A stretch of DNA of 64,000 nucleotides from Octopus vulgaris (taxonomy: Eukaryota), in the NCBI GenBank assembly GCA_951406725.2, contig OX597822.1, positions 33,852,001-33,916,000 on the forward strand, in the 5' to 3' direction. Made by a program: the position numbers and the translations under genes. The notes beneath the pieces are model-generated. The model saw only the letters and a program-made list of their open reading frames with translations. It had not been told where the DNA came from and made no database searches. Position 1 is the first letter of the stretch, and every line of letters begins with the position of its first letter. Positions 26,978 to 41,012 of the stretch are shown piece after piece.

Positions 26978-27209
26978 TATTTCTTTACTACCCAAAAGGG
27001 GCTAAACACAGAGGGGACAAACAAGGACAGACAAAGGGATTAAGTCGATTACATCGACCCCAGTGCGTAACTGGTACTTAATTTATCGACCCCGAAAGGA
27101 TGAAAGGCAAAGTCGACCTCGGCGGAATTTGAACTCGGAACGTAACGACAGACGAAATACGGCTACGCAGGTCGCCCGGCGTGCTAACGTTTCTGCCAGC
27201 TCGCCGCCG
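26978..27209 (-). mobile_element. SINE family B monomer
   Basis: Full family match with a probable TSD GTGTATGCATACATA. Confidence 0.9.
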
Positions 27210-27670
27210 TGTATGCATACATACATACATACATACATACATACATACATACATACATACATACATACATACATACATACATACATACGTATGAGCGTGT
27301 GTCCCCGTGTGTGTATGCATGTATATATGTATGCATGTATGTATGTATGTATGTACGTGTGTATGTGTAAATAATTAGATCTCACTATTGGCGTGGTTGT
27401 TCAGTTCTGTAATGAGCTTCAGGTCTTATGAAGTTCATTAAACAACTGGAACAACCATTCAAAATCTAATCCATAACAAAATAAGCATAAGTTTTTGGCC
27501 GTTGGCCTCATCAGTGTAGTCTCTGTTGTGCATATGTTTGGGTTTATGATAATAGAAAATTTTGTATTGCTATTATATAGACTGTTTTTGTATTAAACAC
27601 ACGCATACACACTCATGCACACTCATAAATAAGTGTAACATATATTGAAAAATATATATATGTATATGTG

Positions 27671-27796
<126 letters not shown>

Positions 27797-27864
27797 CATA
27801 CATACATACATACATACATACATACATACATACATACATACATACATACATACATACATACATA

Positions 27865-27917
<53 letters not shown>

Positions 27918-28085
27918 CATACATATATACATACATGCAAAATTTCTAGATCGAATCGAACGTGTCTCGAAATGTGGTGAAGATTTTCTATTTGGGATAT
28001 ATTTGGGGTACTTAGGTCTACTCAGGACTTAGTGCTTGCTTTTTCCATGGGTATGAGTAAGTATTCCATTTATGTCTTACGTATT

Positions 28086-28144
28086 AATCGCTGACGAGAG
28101 GAAAATTCTTATGAATTAACCCCGAAATTGGGACCAATACGGTT
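28086..28144 (+). ncRNA. Type I hammerhead ribozyme motif
   Basis: AATCG-CTGACGA-GAGG...AATTCTTATGAATT...CCCC-GAAA-TTGG(GA)CCAA-TA-CGGTT. All three stems can form. Confidence 0.7.
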
Positions 28145-29787
28145 ATAACGGAATTTTTTTAGAAATGTCTATCGGCATGTTTCGTCACGCATAAATTATA
28201 ATGGTTATTGACAATTTTGTCTTTTTTTCGGCATATTTGGCATTAGAATTTTTCTTTTGCCCTTATTTTATAAGTTATACATGCATATATATATATATAC
28301 ATATATGTATGTATATATACATGTATATGCGTGTATGTCTGTACATATACACACTTACACAGACGTACAGATGTGCATGCATACATGTATATCTTTATAT
28401 TTTGTTATTTCTAAATCTCTCAAAGAGAGATATTTAGTAGCGGTTCTTTAAAGCAATGACTATTTACCAACATAATGAATGCCCTGTTCGAAAATATAAG
28501 GATACAGATATTGTGTCGTATAGCTAGCTAGAAACGATGTTTCTGGGGATAATGAACAGTAACAACATCTTTTCCAAGATAGCCACATTATGTTGGCAAA
28601 TTACCTTTACTTTATATTTTGTGTTTATCAAATAATATATAAGGATATATGTATGTGTGTGTGTATGTATGTATGTATGTATGTATGTATGTATGTATGT
28701 ATGTATTATGTATGTATGTATGTATGCATGTGTGTAGGTATGCATGTATGTATTTGTATATATGTATATGTGTATACGTATATATGTATGTATGGCCCTG
28801 AATATCTGATGACGTGGATTTATCCTACACCAACGAAACCTGTAATAATGTAAGGTGAAACAAAATATTAATATATATGGGAACACACACACACACACAC
28901 ATACACGCACAAACACATACACACACATACACACATACACGCACAAACACATATACACACACACATATTGGTATAGAAGTATATATTCCTAAACTGTTGA
29001 TATTCACTCCAATGTTACTTGAAGTTTCACGCTTGTAAATTAAGCGTATGATTTGTCACACAGTACATAGCAAATATAGCTACACCTACAAGGCGTATGC
29101 AAAATATAATCGTTCAAGTCAGCTCACGTTTGTTAAATGAGTGCAAGCTAAATGTGATTTGATTATTGGTATGTAATAGCTGCATAATTAGTTCTGTAGT
29201 CGTGAATGGCAACTACTGTGCGAAGCTAGTTATATTCGATGCTAACGAATCTCATCGGTAGATCTGGAATTTTCCGGCGTCTGGGAAGTATTCTGAAGAA
29301 GTTTTGTTCGATGTCGAATGTTGGATAATATCTCTTACCTTCAGCTAAGCGTACTCAATGGCTGGTTTAATATTTAAACACCTGGTGTTTAGTAATCCGT
29401 TGAAATATGCAGTTGTGTTATAGACGATGCGATTGGATACTTGCATGATAATGTTAGTCTCTCGTTGTCTGAGAAAGACAGTTCTGCAATTTCGTGCTTA
29501 ACAACCTGCACAAATTGTTTGTTTACATTGATCAAATGCATGTGCTAACTCGCTCCATCAAATCGACGTTGTCTGAACGGGTGCATAGTGTGCCACGCGT
29601 CAGGTGTCGAAGTGATCGCAGAGTAACGTCGGATGAAGTATTTTGTTCAAGAAACAACGAAGCACTCGGTCCAGGAATTGAAACCTCGATTTTGGAATCG
29701 CAAATGCAAGGCCCTAACTAGGCCACTCGCCTACATACATACATACATACATACATACATACATACATACATACATACATACATACA

Positions 29788-30172
29788 TACTCTTTCACTT
29801 GTTTTGGTTATTTGACTGCGGCCATGCTGGAGCACCACCTTTAGTCAAATAAATCGACCCCAGAACTTATTCTTTGTAAGCCTAGTACTTATTCTATCGG
29901 TCTCTGATTGCCGAACCGCTCAGTTACAGGGACGTAAACCTACCAGCATCGGTTGTCAAGCGATGGTGGGGAAAAACAGACACAAGCAACACATACATGT
30001 ATGTATATATATACACGACGGGCTTCTTTCAGCTTCTGTCTACTAAATCCACTCGCAAAGCTTTGGTTGGCCCGAGGCTGTAGTAGAAGACACTTGTCCA
30101 AGGTGTCACGCAGTGGGACTGAACCCGGAATCATGTGGTTGGTAAGCAAGCTTCTTACCACACATCCACTCC
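29788..30172 (-). mobile_element. SINE family A
   Basis: Full-length match, head-to-head with 30523-30935. Confidence 0.88.
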
Positions 30173-30522
30173 TACATACATACATATAATGTATGTATGT
30201 ATGTATGTATGTATGTATGTATGTATGTATGTATGTATGTATGTACGTAGGTATGTACGTAAAATACTTCTTGCATACACAAGTGACATTTTGTCAAGAG
30301 TTGTCTTACTTGATCAATATTCATTTACCATATTCGTTAATTAATTATTGTATTTTTAAAACAAAGCTCACAGAACAACAGTCATAATGTTACAAAACGA
30401 TTTTATTTTCATAAAAATTGTTTAGATAATTTTCGTTAAATATTTTGGAAGAATTAAAGCAAAGGTCGAGAGGTCGAGAGGCAATAATGTGTAATATAAT
30501 ATATTCTGATTTGAAGCATATA

Positions 30523-30935
30523 GGCGCAGGAGTGGCTGTGTGGTAAGTAGCTTGTTTACCAACCACATGGTTCCGGGTTCAGTCCCACTGCGTGGCACCT
30601 TGGGCAAGTGTCTTCTACTATAGTCTCGGGCCGACCAAAGCCTTGTGAGTGGATTTGGTAGACGGAAACTGAAAGAAGCCCGTCGTATATATGTATATAT
30701 ATATATGCGTGTGTGTGTTTGTGCGTCTGTGTTTGTCCCCTTAGCATTGCTTGACAACCGATGCTGGTGTGTTTATGTCCCCGTTACTTAGCGGTTCGGC
30801 AAAAGAGACCGATATAATAAGTACTGGGCTTACAAAAGAATAAGTCCCGGGGTCGAGTTGCTCGATTAAAGGCGGTGCTCCAGCATGGCCGCAGTCAAAT
30901 GACTGAAACAGGTAAAAGAGTAAAAGAGTAAAGAG
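30523..30935 (+). mobile_element. tRNA-derived SINE family A (CORE-like), full length
   Basis: A box TGGCTGTGTGG, B box GGTTCAGTCC, CORE-like GGCACCTTGGGCAAGTG, an internal microsatellite and a (GTAAAAGA)n tail. Confidence 0.9.
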
Positions 30936-31147
30936 AGTATATACAAAAATACAGATGATTTTATAAATAAGCAAGAAATATGAAACGAGTGCAAAAAATA
31001 TACAAATTAATTTATATAAAAAAAAAAGCATTCGTTGTGTTTCCAAAGCAAATATAGAAGCGTCGAAGAATATGTAAAATGTATTCTAACCTATTATTTA
31101 AACCTGAATGATTGTCGAAGTACATCATTAATAAAGACTTTATGATC

Positions 31148-31611
31148 TTTTATCTTTTACTTGTTTCAATTATTGGGCTACAGCTATGCTGGGGCACGGC
31201 CTTGAAGGGTTTTAGTCGACCAAATCGACCCCATATGTCAAACAATAGGTGGGGGACATACACACACAGATATTACAAATATTGTATTTCTATCTATCTA
31301 TCCATCTATCTATCAGTCAGGGAGGAAATAAGCTCTCATGTGGTTATTTCCTCCCTGACTGAGGTTCCCGTGGTCTTTTCTGTAGGCTTTTCTTCCCACG
31401 GATGAACCCAATCTTGTTTTATCAATGTTTTTTTAAAAAAGTGTTTCTGTGATACACGATTCCTTTTTTTTTCTCCTCCTCTCGATCCCTTTTGATTGAA
31501 ATCTTACATTTATTTTCCTTTTTTTTCCACCCTCGAAAAGAAAAGCTCTACATTTGTATTTGTCCCCTCTGTATTCAGCCCTGCGTGGCTAATAAAAGAA
31601 AGTTATATATC

Positions 31612-31688
<77 letters not shown>

Positions 31689-31912
31689 GTCGGTCTACCT
31701 ATTTATCTATCTATCTGAGGTGTGTGTATGTATGTGTACGACGAGCTTCCACACAGAACCCATCTGCCAATTTCACTCACGTGACATTGGCTTTGGTCGG
31801 CTGGGGTTATTGTAGAAGGCCCATGTCCAAGATTTCCTGCAGAGAAACTGAACCCAAAATAATGTAGCTAGCAGCTGCAAAGCTAGTTTCTTAACGACAC
31901 AGCCATGTCTGC
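31148..31912 (-). mobile_element. Old SINE family A copy split by the Tx1-like tail insertion
   Basis: The tail part is at 31148-31265 and the head part at 31735-31912, with 31313-31602 inside the central microsatellite. Confidence 0.65.
31313..31602 (+). mobile_element. 5'-truncated 3' UTR/tail of a related Tx1-like LINE inside a (TATC)n tract
   Basis: GGTTCCCGTGGTCTTTTCTGTAGGCTTTTCTTCCCACGGATGAAC resembles LINE 58665-58704. The tail TGTCCCCTCTGTATTCAGCCCTGCGTGGCTAATAAAAGAA resembles the LINE tail. TATC repeats lie on both sides. Confidence 0.7.
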
Positions 31913-32677
31913 GCATTGTAAATTTACGTATTACTCGTTGCTTTCACATATGGTATGTTTAAAGTGTTTAATTTGATGGCAGAAAGCGGGTGGTTTATTT
32001 TGGTGCAATTAGAATTATAGAAAATTCATAGCAGAAATCTACTTCTTTGTTATTTTCATCCACAGTGCTTTTAACGCAGTGAACCCTAACTATTATTTAC
32101 AGACGATTTCACTTCAAGATACATTGTTAACGAAGATTTATTCAAAATGCTGCAATAGGCATTTCACAACTAGGAGTTAAGGCTATGGGGCGATCCGTCC
32201 CGGATCAGCATTTTTTGGTTAAGTATGGAAGTGGGGCAAGAGATATTGGCAAACTTAAGCGCTGCCTCTGGCGGCACACAATCTATTTATGCCTCTGATT
32301 AAAGAAGACCGGTGAGTATTAGTTCCTTTTGTTTCAAGATAAATTTAGTGATTTTTCTCTTTTTTTCTCTCTTATTTTTTTACTTCTTTGTGTGGTGTAC
32401 TTTTAGTTATCGGAACTGAACATGATTTTGAAAATTACTGCATTCTCGACATCCGTACTTTTACAAAGCGTTTAAATATATCCCACGTTAGACAAGGCTA
32501 AGTAACGTGCTGTTTACGCAAATTTAATCAAATAATACGCACACAGAGATACACACAGATACACAGACACACACACAAAGAACACCCATTCAGGCACACA
32601 AGCACACAAACAAACAAACAAACGCGCGCGCGCGCACATACAAATACATTCGCACACAAAATCTCTCCAGACAAATA

Positions 32678-32710
<33 letters not shown>

Positions 32711-32756
32711 ACATTCACACACAAAACTCCAGACAAATACACACACATATACATAA

Positions 32757-32791
<35 letters not shown>

Positions 32792-32823
32792 TACACACGC
32801 ACACACACTCACACTCACACATA

Positions 32824-32858
<35 letters not shown>

Positions 32859-32860
32859 CA

Positions 32861-32938
<78 letters not shown>

Positions 32939-33097
32939 TTATATATATATATATATTCTGAAAAGTTGTTATGGAGTTCAGTGTTGCGTATCGTCAATCA
33001 TTTTTTTTTCTTTTTTGCTACTAAACCGTTGAAGACTAATTTAAGTTTATATTTCCATTTCGGCTCCACATTGCCCCACCTCCTACCACGACCATCA

Positions 33098-33137
<40 letters not shown>

Positions 33138-34165
33138 GCCGTCGCCCTGTGTTGAGATAAAACCTGTTTGAATCGTATTTTTAGCTTAAATCTCATTTAT
33201 TGGGCAATTGTTGCTACCCTGTGTGTAACAACAATTAGTAACAACTCAAGAATTGATCGTTCGTTTTGATTTAGAGAAGTTCTTTTGTCCGCAGGAGAAG
33301 ACAATGCAGACGCTTTGAACCTGACCCTTCGTCTGAGAGAGTGTTCGAGGAAGGGAAAGGGAAGTATGTTCTATAACAAATTAGAGGTACTTAATCAGTG
33401 AGTTCTCTCCGTGCCACGAGGCACATAAGGTCGCAACACGATCTCTCCAACCAGATCTGTTTTTCGCCACTGTTCTGGTCTCAGTCCAGCTTCTCCACTC
33501 TTTTCCTCGTCTCCTTTCCCTGTCAACGGTTTTTCTCTATGTGGTTTTAGGTCACCCTGTCGCTCCTATGTTAAACAGTGGAGGCGCATGGCTTGGTACT
33601 TAGGGTATTTGATTCATGATCGTTTAGATTCTGGGATAGGGTTCTGCATAATGTTCTTGAGCAAAACACTTCATTTCTCTATGCTCCAGTCCACGTAGTT
33701 AGTAAAAATGAGTAATCTTGCGACGGGCCGGCGTCCTGTCCTAGGAGAAATACACATATAAATCAGAGAAAACGGGAAACTGATCCTATGGTCCTTACGG
33801 AGCAACGTGAACTAACCAATTATATTAAACAAGGCAATTTTATGTGAAACGCTGATTGGTCGGTGTCAGGTATTTGAATGACATAGGCAAATACAGATAT
33901 ATCATATACTATAACAACATAAATTCTTACCTTGTTAAATTTATTTCTGCCTCTAGAAGATGTCCTACTCACCAAATGACAATTAGACTCAGTTCTACTT
34001 GAAAATGGGAGATAATTTCAAAAATGAAGCACTCTCCGGAGTTGACATGCCATAAAAGAAAGGACATGGTTATTACCTGAGGATAAGATGATAGTGGAGA
34101 TAATATTTTGAAAATAAAGTATTTTTTTGTTCTACGGTATTTGATATATCTATATATGTCTATGT

Positions 34166-34460
34166 GGAGGCACATGGCCAAGTGGTTAGAGCAGTGGATT
34201 CGTGGTCAAGGGATCGCGAGTTCGAATCTCACACCGGGCGATGTGTGTGTTTATGAGCGAAACACCTAAGCTCCACGCGTCTCCGGCAGAAGGTTATGGC
34301 GAACTTCTGCTGACTCTTTCGTCACAAATTTCTCTCACTCTTTCCTCCTGCATCTTGCAGCTCACCTGCGATGAACCGACGTCCCATCCAAGTGGGGAAT
34401 ATATACGCCAAGGAAACCGGGAAACCGGCCCTATGAGCCATGCATGGCTCGAGAAGGAAC
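34166..34460 (+). mobile_element. tRNA-derived SINE family C2
   Basis: TGGCCAAGTGG A box and GTTCGAATC B box. Related copies lie at 40090-40355 and 52565-52846 on the minus strand. Confidence 0.85.
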
Positions 34461-35900
34461 AAAAAAGATGTAATGTCTATCTTGTTCAAATGCATGTCTC
34501 AGCTCAGTCTGAGTCATTTTTCTTGGTTTGCTTTTGTTTAATTTATACTAATTATAATGGTCATAAATAGGATATAGTATCAAAAGAGCTGCGATATAAT
34601 CAAAAGCAGGGTATTTATTAAGCAGCTAAGCAGTTCACTTCCCAGCCAAGCGTTTCCACGTTGTGTTCCATTGCGTAGCTCTTGGGCAGCAAGTATTTTC
34701 TACCATAATTTTGAGGATTATGTTTATGGTACGCTTACCCTTGGAATGCTCGGCTACTTACATGTTAATTTAGTAGGAGGTAATTCGGCTGATCGAACAA
34801 CTGTTTTCTACGTTGACAAACGACGAAAATCCACCACCACCACCTTCACTACTACGTCCTCAGTGTATGTATATATGTATTTATATATGTATGTACTCAT
34901 GCATATAAATAGATAGTTAGGGGTATATGTATATTTATGTGCGCGCGTGTTTTAGCGATGTACATTGGCGAAGAATGTAGACATTGGCGAAAACAGGTGT
35001 TTCTTGAACGAATTCCTTTGCGAGAACAAGTCTTTTGCTTTGAATTTTCCCATTCTCATATTCAGAAATGTAGTAAATTAATGATTATCCTGTTGGAAAC
35101 CTATAAACAGCAACGCTATTGCTCACCAAGTACAACACAATATAAAATAGATAAAATAAATAGATAACCAGTTTTTTGGCAAAAGCGAGCGGTTTCACGT
35201 AACAATCTTTAATTGGGCGATTATAAAGTCTTAGGACAAGAGAACTATTTTCTGGTTATTTTAAAATCTAGCTTGTAATACATATTAATTACAACAAAGT
35301 GGGGCGGGGTAACATAGAGTACATAGAATTACACAATGTGTGTATCTAGAGTTATGAATGAGAACAGAATGCCCTTTTGGACATTTTTCAGGTGCAAGTA
35401 GTTATTTCGGATTATTAATCATGCCTGCATTAATACGTTCTGTGTATGTATCGATGTTTTCTTTTTCCTTCTTAATGAAATTCTTCGTTATAATTGAGCT
35501 GTGGGAAAAAAAACCCACAAAAATTAATGTTTGTCGATATAGATGTCTGGTTAAGAAGCTCTCTTTGCAATCATGCCGTTTCGGGTTAGGTTCGGTCCAC
35601 CTTGACTTAAACAAGTGTCTTGCACGCTTACTCCAGACCGACCAATGCTTGTGTATGAATTTGATTCACGTAGAAGGAAAGGGGAGAGAGGTAGGGGCAG
35701 AGGGATTGAAGAATTGGGGAGGGACGAGAAAGAGAGAAAAAGAAAGGAAAAGGACAGAGTGAGGTAAAGGAGGAGAGAAAGTGATGAGAATGAAGAGAAG
35801 GCCAAGAAATATGAGAGGGGGGAGCGAGAAAAAAGAAGAGTAGAAAGAACGAAGAAAGTGTGAAGGGGGCTAAAAGAGAGGGTAAAAGAGTCGTACAGAC

Positions 35901-35966
<66 letters not shown>

Positions 35967-36499
35967 CTTACGTACGCGCACAAACACACACACAAATACA
36001 TGAAGGTTTCCACTCAGTTTCCGTCTGCCGAATTCACTCACTAAAAACCGGATGTCAAGCGAGGAGAGGACAAACAGACACAAAGACAGGCACACATAAA
36101 CATACATACATACATAAATACGTATGCGTGTGTGTGTGTGTGTATGTGTCTAACTGTGTACGTGTTTTCGTGTCTGGCGTACATTTAGTTAAAAGAAACA
36201 CCATACTAACACTAAGTGAGAGACATTTACACATCATCACAAAAATCGCAAACTGAAAATCAGAGAAGCAAAAGTTAACTTTAGCCATTATACAGTCTGC
36301 AATATCTCTCACCTCTGCTATTATAGCCAAATCAAAGTGTTCCTTGCCAAGAGAGTCTTTAGTAATCTTGCAGAATTCCCCTTCCTTTTTCTGTTCGACT
36401 AAGATATATTACTTTAAATAACACCTGCGTTCTTTTTCCTTCATACACAAATCTCTATATTTTCAGCTCATTTTGCTTTGAATTGTACACTGCATACAA

Positions 36500-36741
36500 A
36501 TTGAAAATTCCTTTCGAACTCGTCTTCGAGGGGGTTGTGACAATTTTTTGGCTTTAAGGGTGTCGCGAAAGGCCTGGCAGAAGGTCCAAATTTCCGAGTT
36601 CTTTTACTGGCCTTAGAAAAACTGAAGGTCCGTTGCAATAATGAGAGGGAAATATGTTTAATAAAATCATAATTAACTGATCCTCCTGTATTTTGTTTTA
36701 CCCAAAGCCAGAAACTTTTAAGCACTTCACTTCCCTCGTAT
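36500..36741 (+). mobile_element. Mariner 3' end/TIR fragment
   Basis: Decayed transposase C-terminus-like sequence, ending AAACTTTT...CCCTCGTA, a typical mariner terminus followed by TA. Confidence 0.5.
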
Positions 36742-36959
36742 ATCACTCCTCCTTAAATTCTGAACGGAAACCTCATTCACTCCCAACTTACACAAGACTT
36801 TCAGAAACAAAAAAGAATATTGGCTTATAGGTGTGTTTTAGATTTTCTTGTTTTAGTTATATTCACTGAGTTCGATATATCAAACTGCATCAAACTTCGC
36901 CAAAATTTTTGGTGATACCTTCTCAGAGGCCTACACAAGGTTTTCAAAAAAGTTTTCAT

Positions 36960-37312
36960 CGTTCTTGACACAATCAAGATCTTATGCAACTGGAACACGA
37001 ATGTCATTCTGGTCAGCTGAAAGCAGTTTTGGCACAAACTTGGCAGAAACGCGTCTCATACCCAAAGCTTCAGTGATAATGGGCTGAACTGAATCGTAAC
37101 TAATCTGCACACCCTCTGATAACTCACGGATGGTGACTCGATTATTTCCTCTCACTGCTGCACGTACATCTGCTGGTTGTTGTTCTCCCAGGACGTTCAT
37201 CAATATCGACATTTTTTCGGACATCTTGGAAACGTCTGAACCACTTGTACACTTGTGTGCGGCTCATACACTCCTTTCCATACGCTTTCTGCAACCTTGC
37301 GTAGGCCTCTAA
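36960..37312 (-). pseudogene. Mariner transposase N-terminal remnant
   Basis: NNRVTIRELSE..ISYDSVQPIITEALGMRRVSAKFVPKLLS (HTH plus WVPHEL-type linker), preceded by AYG..CMSRTQVYKWFRRF..DERPGR in a shifted frame. Confidence 0.88.
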
Positions 37313-37610
37313 GCAGGTATCGCCATGACAATCTATCTATGCATATACACACACACACACACACACACAAACACTTAAATATGTATGTATGCGTGTGTCT
37401 TGTTTCTCGAACGAGAGAAAAATGCTACGATTCATATCTTTTTAATGACTTGTCTTAGTGTTTGGGGCGTGGCCATGCTGGAGTCAAAGAAATCAACCCA
37501 AGTTCTAATTTTTAAGCTTAGTAATTATTCTATCGGTCATTTATTGCCGAGCTGCTAAGTCACGCGGACGTAAACAAACCAGTAATGGTTATCAAGTCAC
37601 ATACGCATAG

Positions 37611-37710
<100 letters not shown>

Positions 37711-40089
37711 AGAGTTTACGAAAAAAAACAAAGGACGAAGACAGGTGGTGTACAAAACAAACAGATGTATTAGTATAACGCTCAGGAATAGAAAAAGTCT
37801 TTTACGTTATGTACTAATACATATGATTTACACACACACACACACACACACATATATGCACCCTATTAAATGCATGGAGGCCATTGTAGAAATATGAAAT
37901 GTTCAGTTACCGGTGCAGATGTAGAAAGGTGATGATCTTCATAGACAGAAGTCATATATATATATAGCTAAAGCCATTCACAGAAACTATATATGTGCAA
38001 ATATGAAGAAAGATAAAAATCCCTTTTTGAAAGTCATAGAAACAAAACTGAGCGCCATTGTTAAGTTATACTTGCACGTGTTTATTCAAATGTATACGCA
38101 TTTAATCTCTCCAAATATTTGCAGGACTTTTTCAGAATGTTGTAAAGAACTATAAACAGTATTGTGACTTATTTGATTTCAACAACACACAGGTCGTTCA
38201 ATTGTGTTGATATACGAGATCCATCTATCATTATTCTTGACACAAGTACACCATTATATGTTGGTTGTTCAGTTATTCACGTGTGACATTTTCAAACTAG
38301 TTGCAGACTCCACATACGTAACACGTACAATAAGAATGACTTCTCTGTGTGTGTATATTTTTAAAGATTACCTGAGAGTTTATGTCTAACCAATAACAAA
38401 AGCATTTCTCTGCGTCGACGATAAATAACATTTACGTTTTCTGAAACGGTTTCCTGAAAGCTGCTTACAAGGTGAAAAGCGTAATAAACATGTACCCACA
38501 ATAAACTTTGAATACGCTAACTGGGGTCTTCGCCAAGCCAAAGGCTAAAGCAACAAAATTAAATCAAAACGGGGGACATGTTGGTGTTCTGCCAATGTCT
38601 GAACTCATTTGGATTCGTTTCTGAGTAAGAATTCTCACCTAAGAATTACCTATTCAGTTTTATAGATAGCGTTTCATCCCGATTTTTTTTTTATGTTATT
38701 GTTATCTTTAGACAAGATTGTTCTCTTTTAAGTAGATAATTGATTAACAAGATAATTCGAAGTTTCGATAAAATTCTTCTTTAGTGATTTAAAAAATCGT
38801 AATTAATAAAATATAATTACTCTAATTATACCATGCGGCAGATTACTTCGCATTATTAAGTTACGGTTCATTTCGATCCATGGTTCAAAGCTTTCCGAAT
38901 CCATATTTGCTTTTTGTCCTTCTGAGGTCAATAAAATAAAATACCAGTCATGTAGTGAGGTAAACATAATCGACTACACTCTTGCTTCAAATCTGATATC
39001 TTGTGCTTATCTTAGAAAAGTATGTACTGTATTCGCCTTTTCGCTTCACCGATGACCAGAGTACTGGTCCTCTGGCAAAGAACCTTGTGGTTGACCTTCT
39101 GCAAATGGTACCGCGTTAGAACTGTAGGAGAGTCTATACTCTGTAGGGGAGTCTATATTTAGAACGTAAATGTAGAAACATTGATAAATATGTATATAAA
39201 TCTTCTATTAGCGATGTATTTCGAATGCAAATCCAGCTATAGATAATAGTTTAAAATTTTGGCAGAGGACCAGCACTTTTTGAGGGGAGGGGAAGTCGGT
39301 TATATCGATTTGACTGGTACTTATTTTATCGATCCCCAAAGGATGAAAGGTGATGTCGACCTCGGCAGATTTTGAACTCAGAACGAAAGGACGGACGAAA
39401 TAACGCTAAGCATTTCACCGGGCGTGCTAACCGTTCTGCCAGCTCGACGTCTTAATGCAATTATAGATAATAACTCCCAATACATGGGGTTAAAAATTCC
39501 TTCGAACCAAAAGAAGAAAGAAAAAAGAAGAAAACCCCTGTATCAAGGAATACAGTAAATGCGTGGTTCGAGTCCTGCTGATGACTTTTCCTTCAAATCC
39601 TACCTCTCGATTTTCAAATAGAGTATGCCACTGTCATGTGAATAGATTTGGGAGGAATTTGGGAGGTAAAAATTGACAGAAGCCCGTAATATATATGCGT
39701 CGGCGCCTTCTTACCTCACAGCAATATAACTGCACACGTGCCATTGGTGATTTCTTTTCCACTTGTGGACTTTTTAACCCTATGTTTTGTGAGGTTTGAA
39801 GGTGACCAGTAGGCGGAATCGTTAGCACGCCAGACAAAATCTCGCTGAGGTTAATCTTGCATTTTCATCACTTCGGGGTCGGTAAAGTACCAAGTAAAGT
39901 ACCAGTCAAATACTAGGGTCAATGTAATCCACTGCCTTCCTTCCCTCAAAATTATTGGCCTTGAACCCTTCAACGGGTCGGCGTCATGTTCAGGGGAAGA
40001 GTTGTGATCCCGGTTACTTATTCGCCATGGAAACCAATTAACCGACCTCATAGTGCTGGATTCACATGCGAGAGACATCGGTAAAAGAT

Positions 40090-40355
40090 GGCCGGTTTCC
40101 TGGTTTCTTTGGCGTAACAGGTTCCCCACCTGGACGGGACGCCGGTCCGTCTCAGGTGAGCTGCAAGATGCAGGAGGAAAGAGTGAGCGACAGTTGTGGC
40201 GAAAGAGTCAGCAGAAGTTCGCCATTACCTTCTGCTGGAGCTACGGGGAGCTTAGGTGTTTCGCTCATAAACACACACATCACCCGGTCTGAGATTCGAA
40301 CCCGCGATCCCTCGACCGCGAATCCGCTGCTCAATCCACTAGGCCATGTGCCTTC
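40090..40355 (-). mobile_element. SINE family C2
   Basis: Reverse complement of 34166-34430. Confidence 0.85.
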
Positions 40356-40621
40356 TCACTTGGGATGTTTACGCACTCTAATACAAAAATGTTTCTAGTT
40401 TTAGTATTATGCAAAATATAGACATTCTGTTGGTTCAGGATATGTCTGCATGTCTGCAATCAGTGTTAAGAAGTTTGAAACACTTGCAGCTGATTGATAA
40501 TAATATAAAACAATACTATGAAATATATTATAAAATTAAGGAAAAACTAAAAAAAAATCTTAGCTTCAGATCGTATTTATTTTTAAAATACTCACAGAAT
40601 ACACCATTTTGTGGAATTTTT

Positions 40622-40757
40622 TAGGAGTGACTGTGTGGTAAGTAGCTTGCTTACCAACCACATAGTTCCGGGTTCAGTCCCACTGCGTGGCACCTTGGGC
40701 AAGTGTCTTCTACCTTGTGGGTGGCATTGGTAGATGGAAACTGAAAGAAGCTCGTCG

Positions 40758-40789
<32 letters not shown>

Positions 40790-41012
40790 ATTATGTTTGT
40801 GTGTCTGTGTTTGTCCCCCCGACATTGCTTGACAACCGATGCTGGTGTGTTTACGTCTCCGTAACTTAGCGGTTCGGCAAAAGAGACCGATAGAATAAGT
40901 ACTAGGCTTACAAGGAATAAGTCCCGGGGTCGATTTGCTCGACTAAAGGCGGTGCTCCAGCATGACTACAGTCAAATGACTGAAACAAGTAAAAGAGTTA
41001 AAGAGAGAGTAA
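40622..41012 (+). mobile_element. SINE family A
   Basis: Full-length match with a small internal deletion. Confidence 0.9.

Noticed and set aside
29339-29468. Minus-strand exon with good AG and GTAAGA signals
   Set aside because: There are stops in all three frames. It could only be non-coding, and nothing else supports it.
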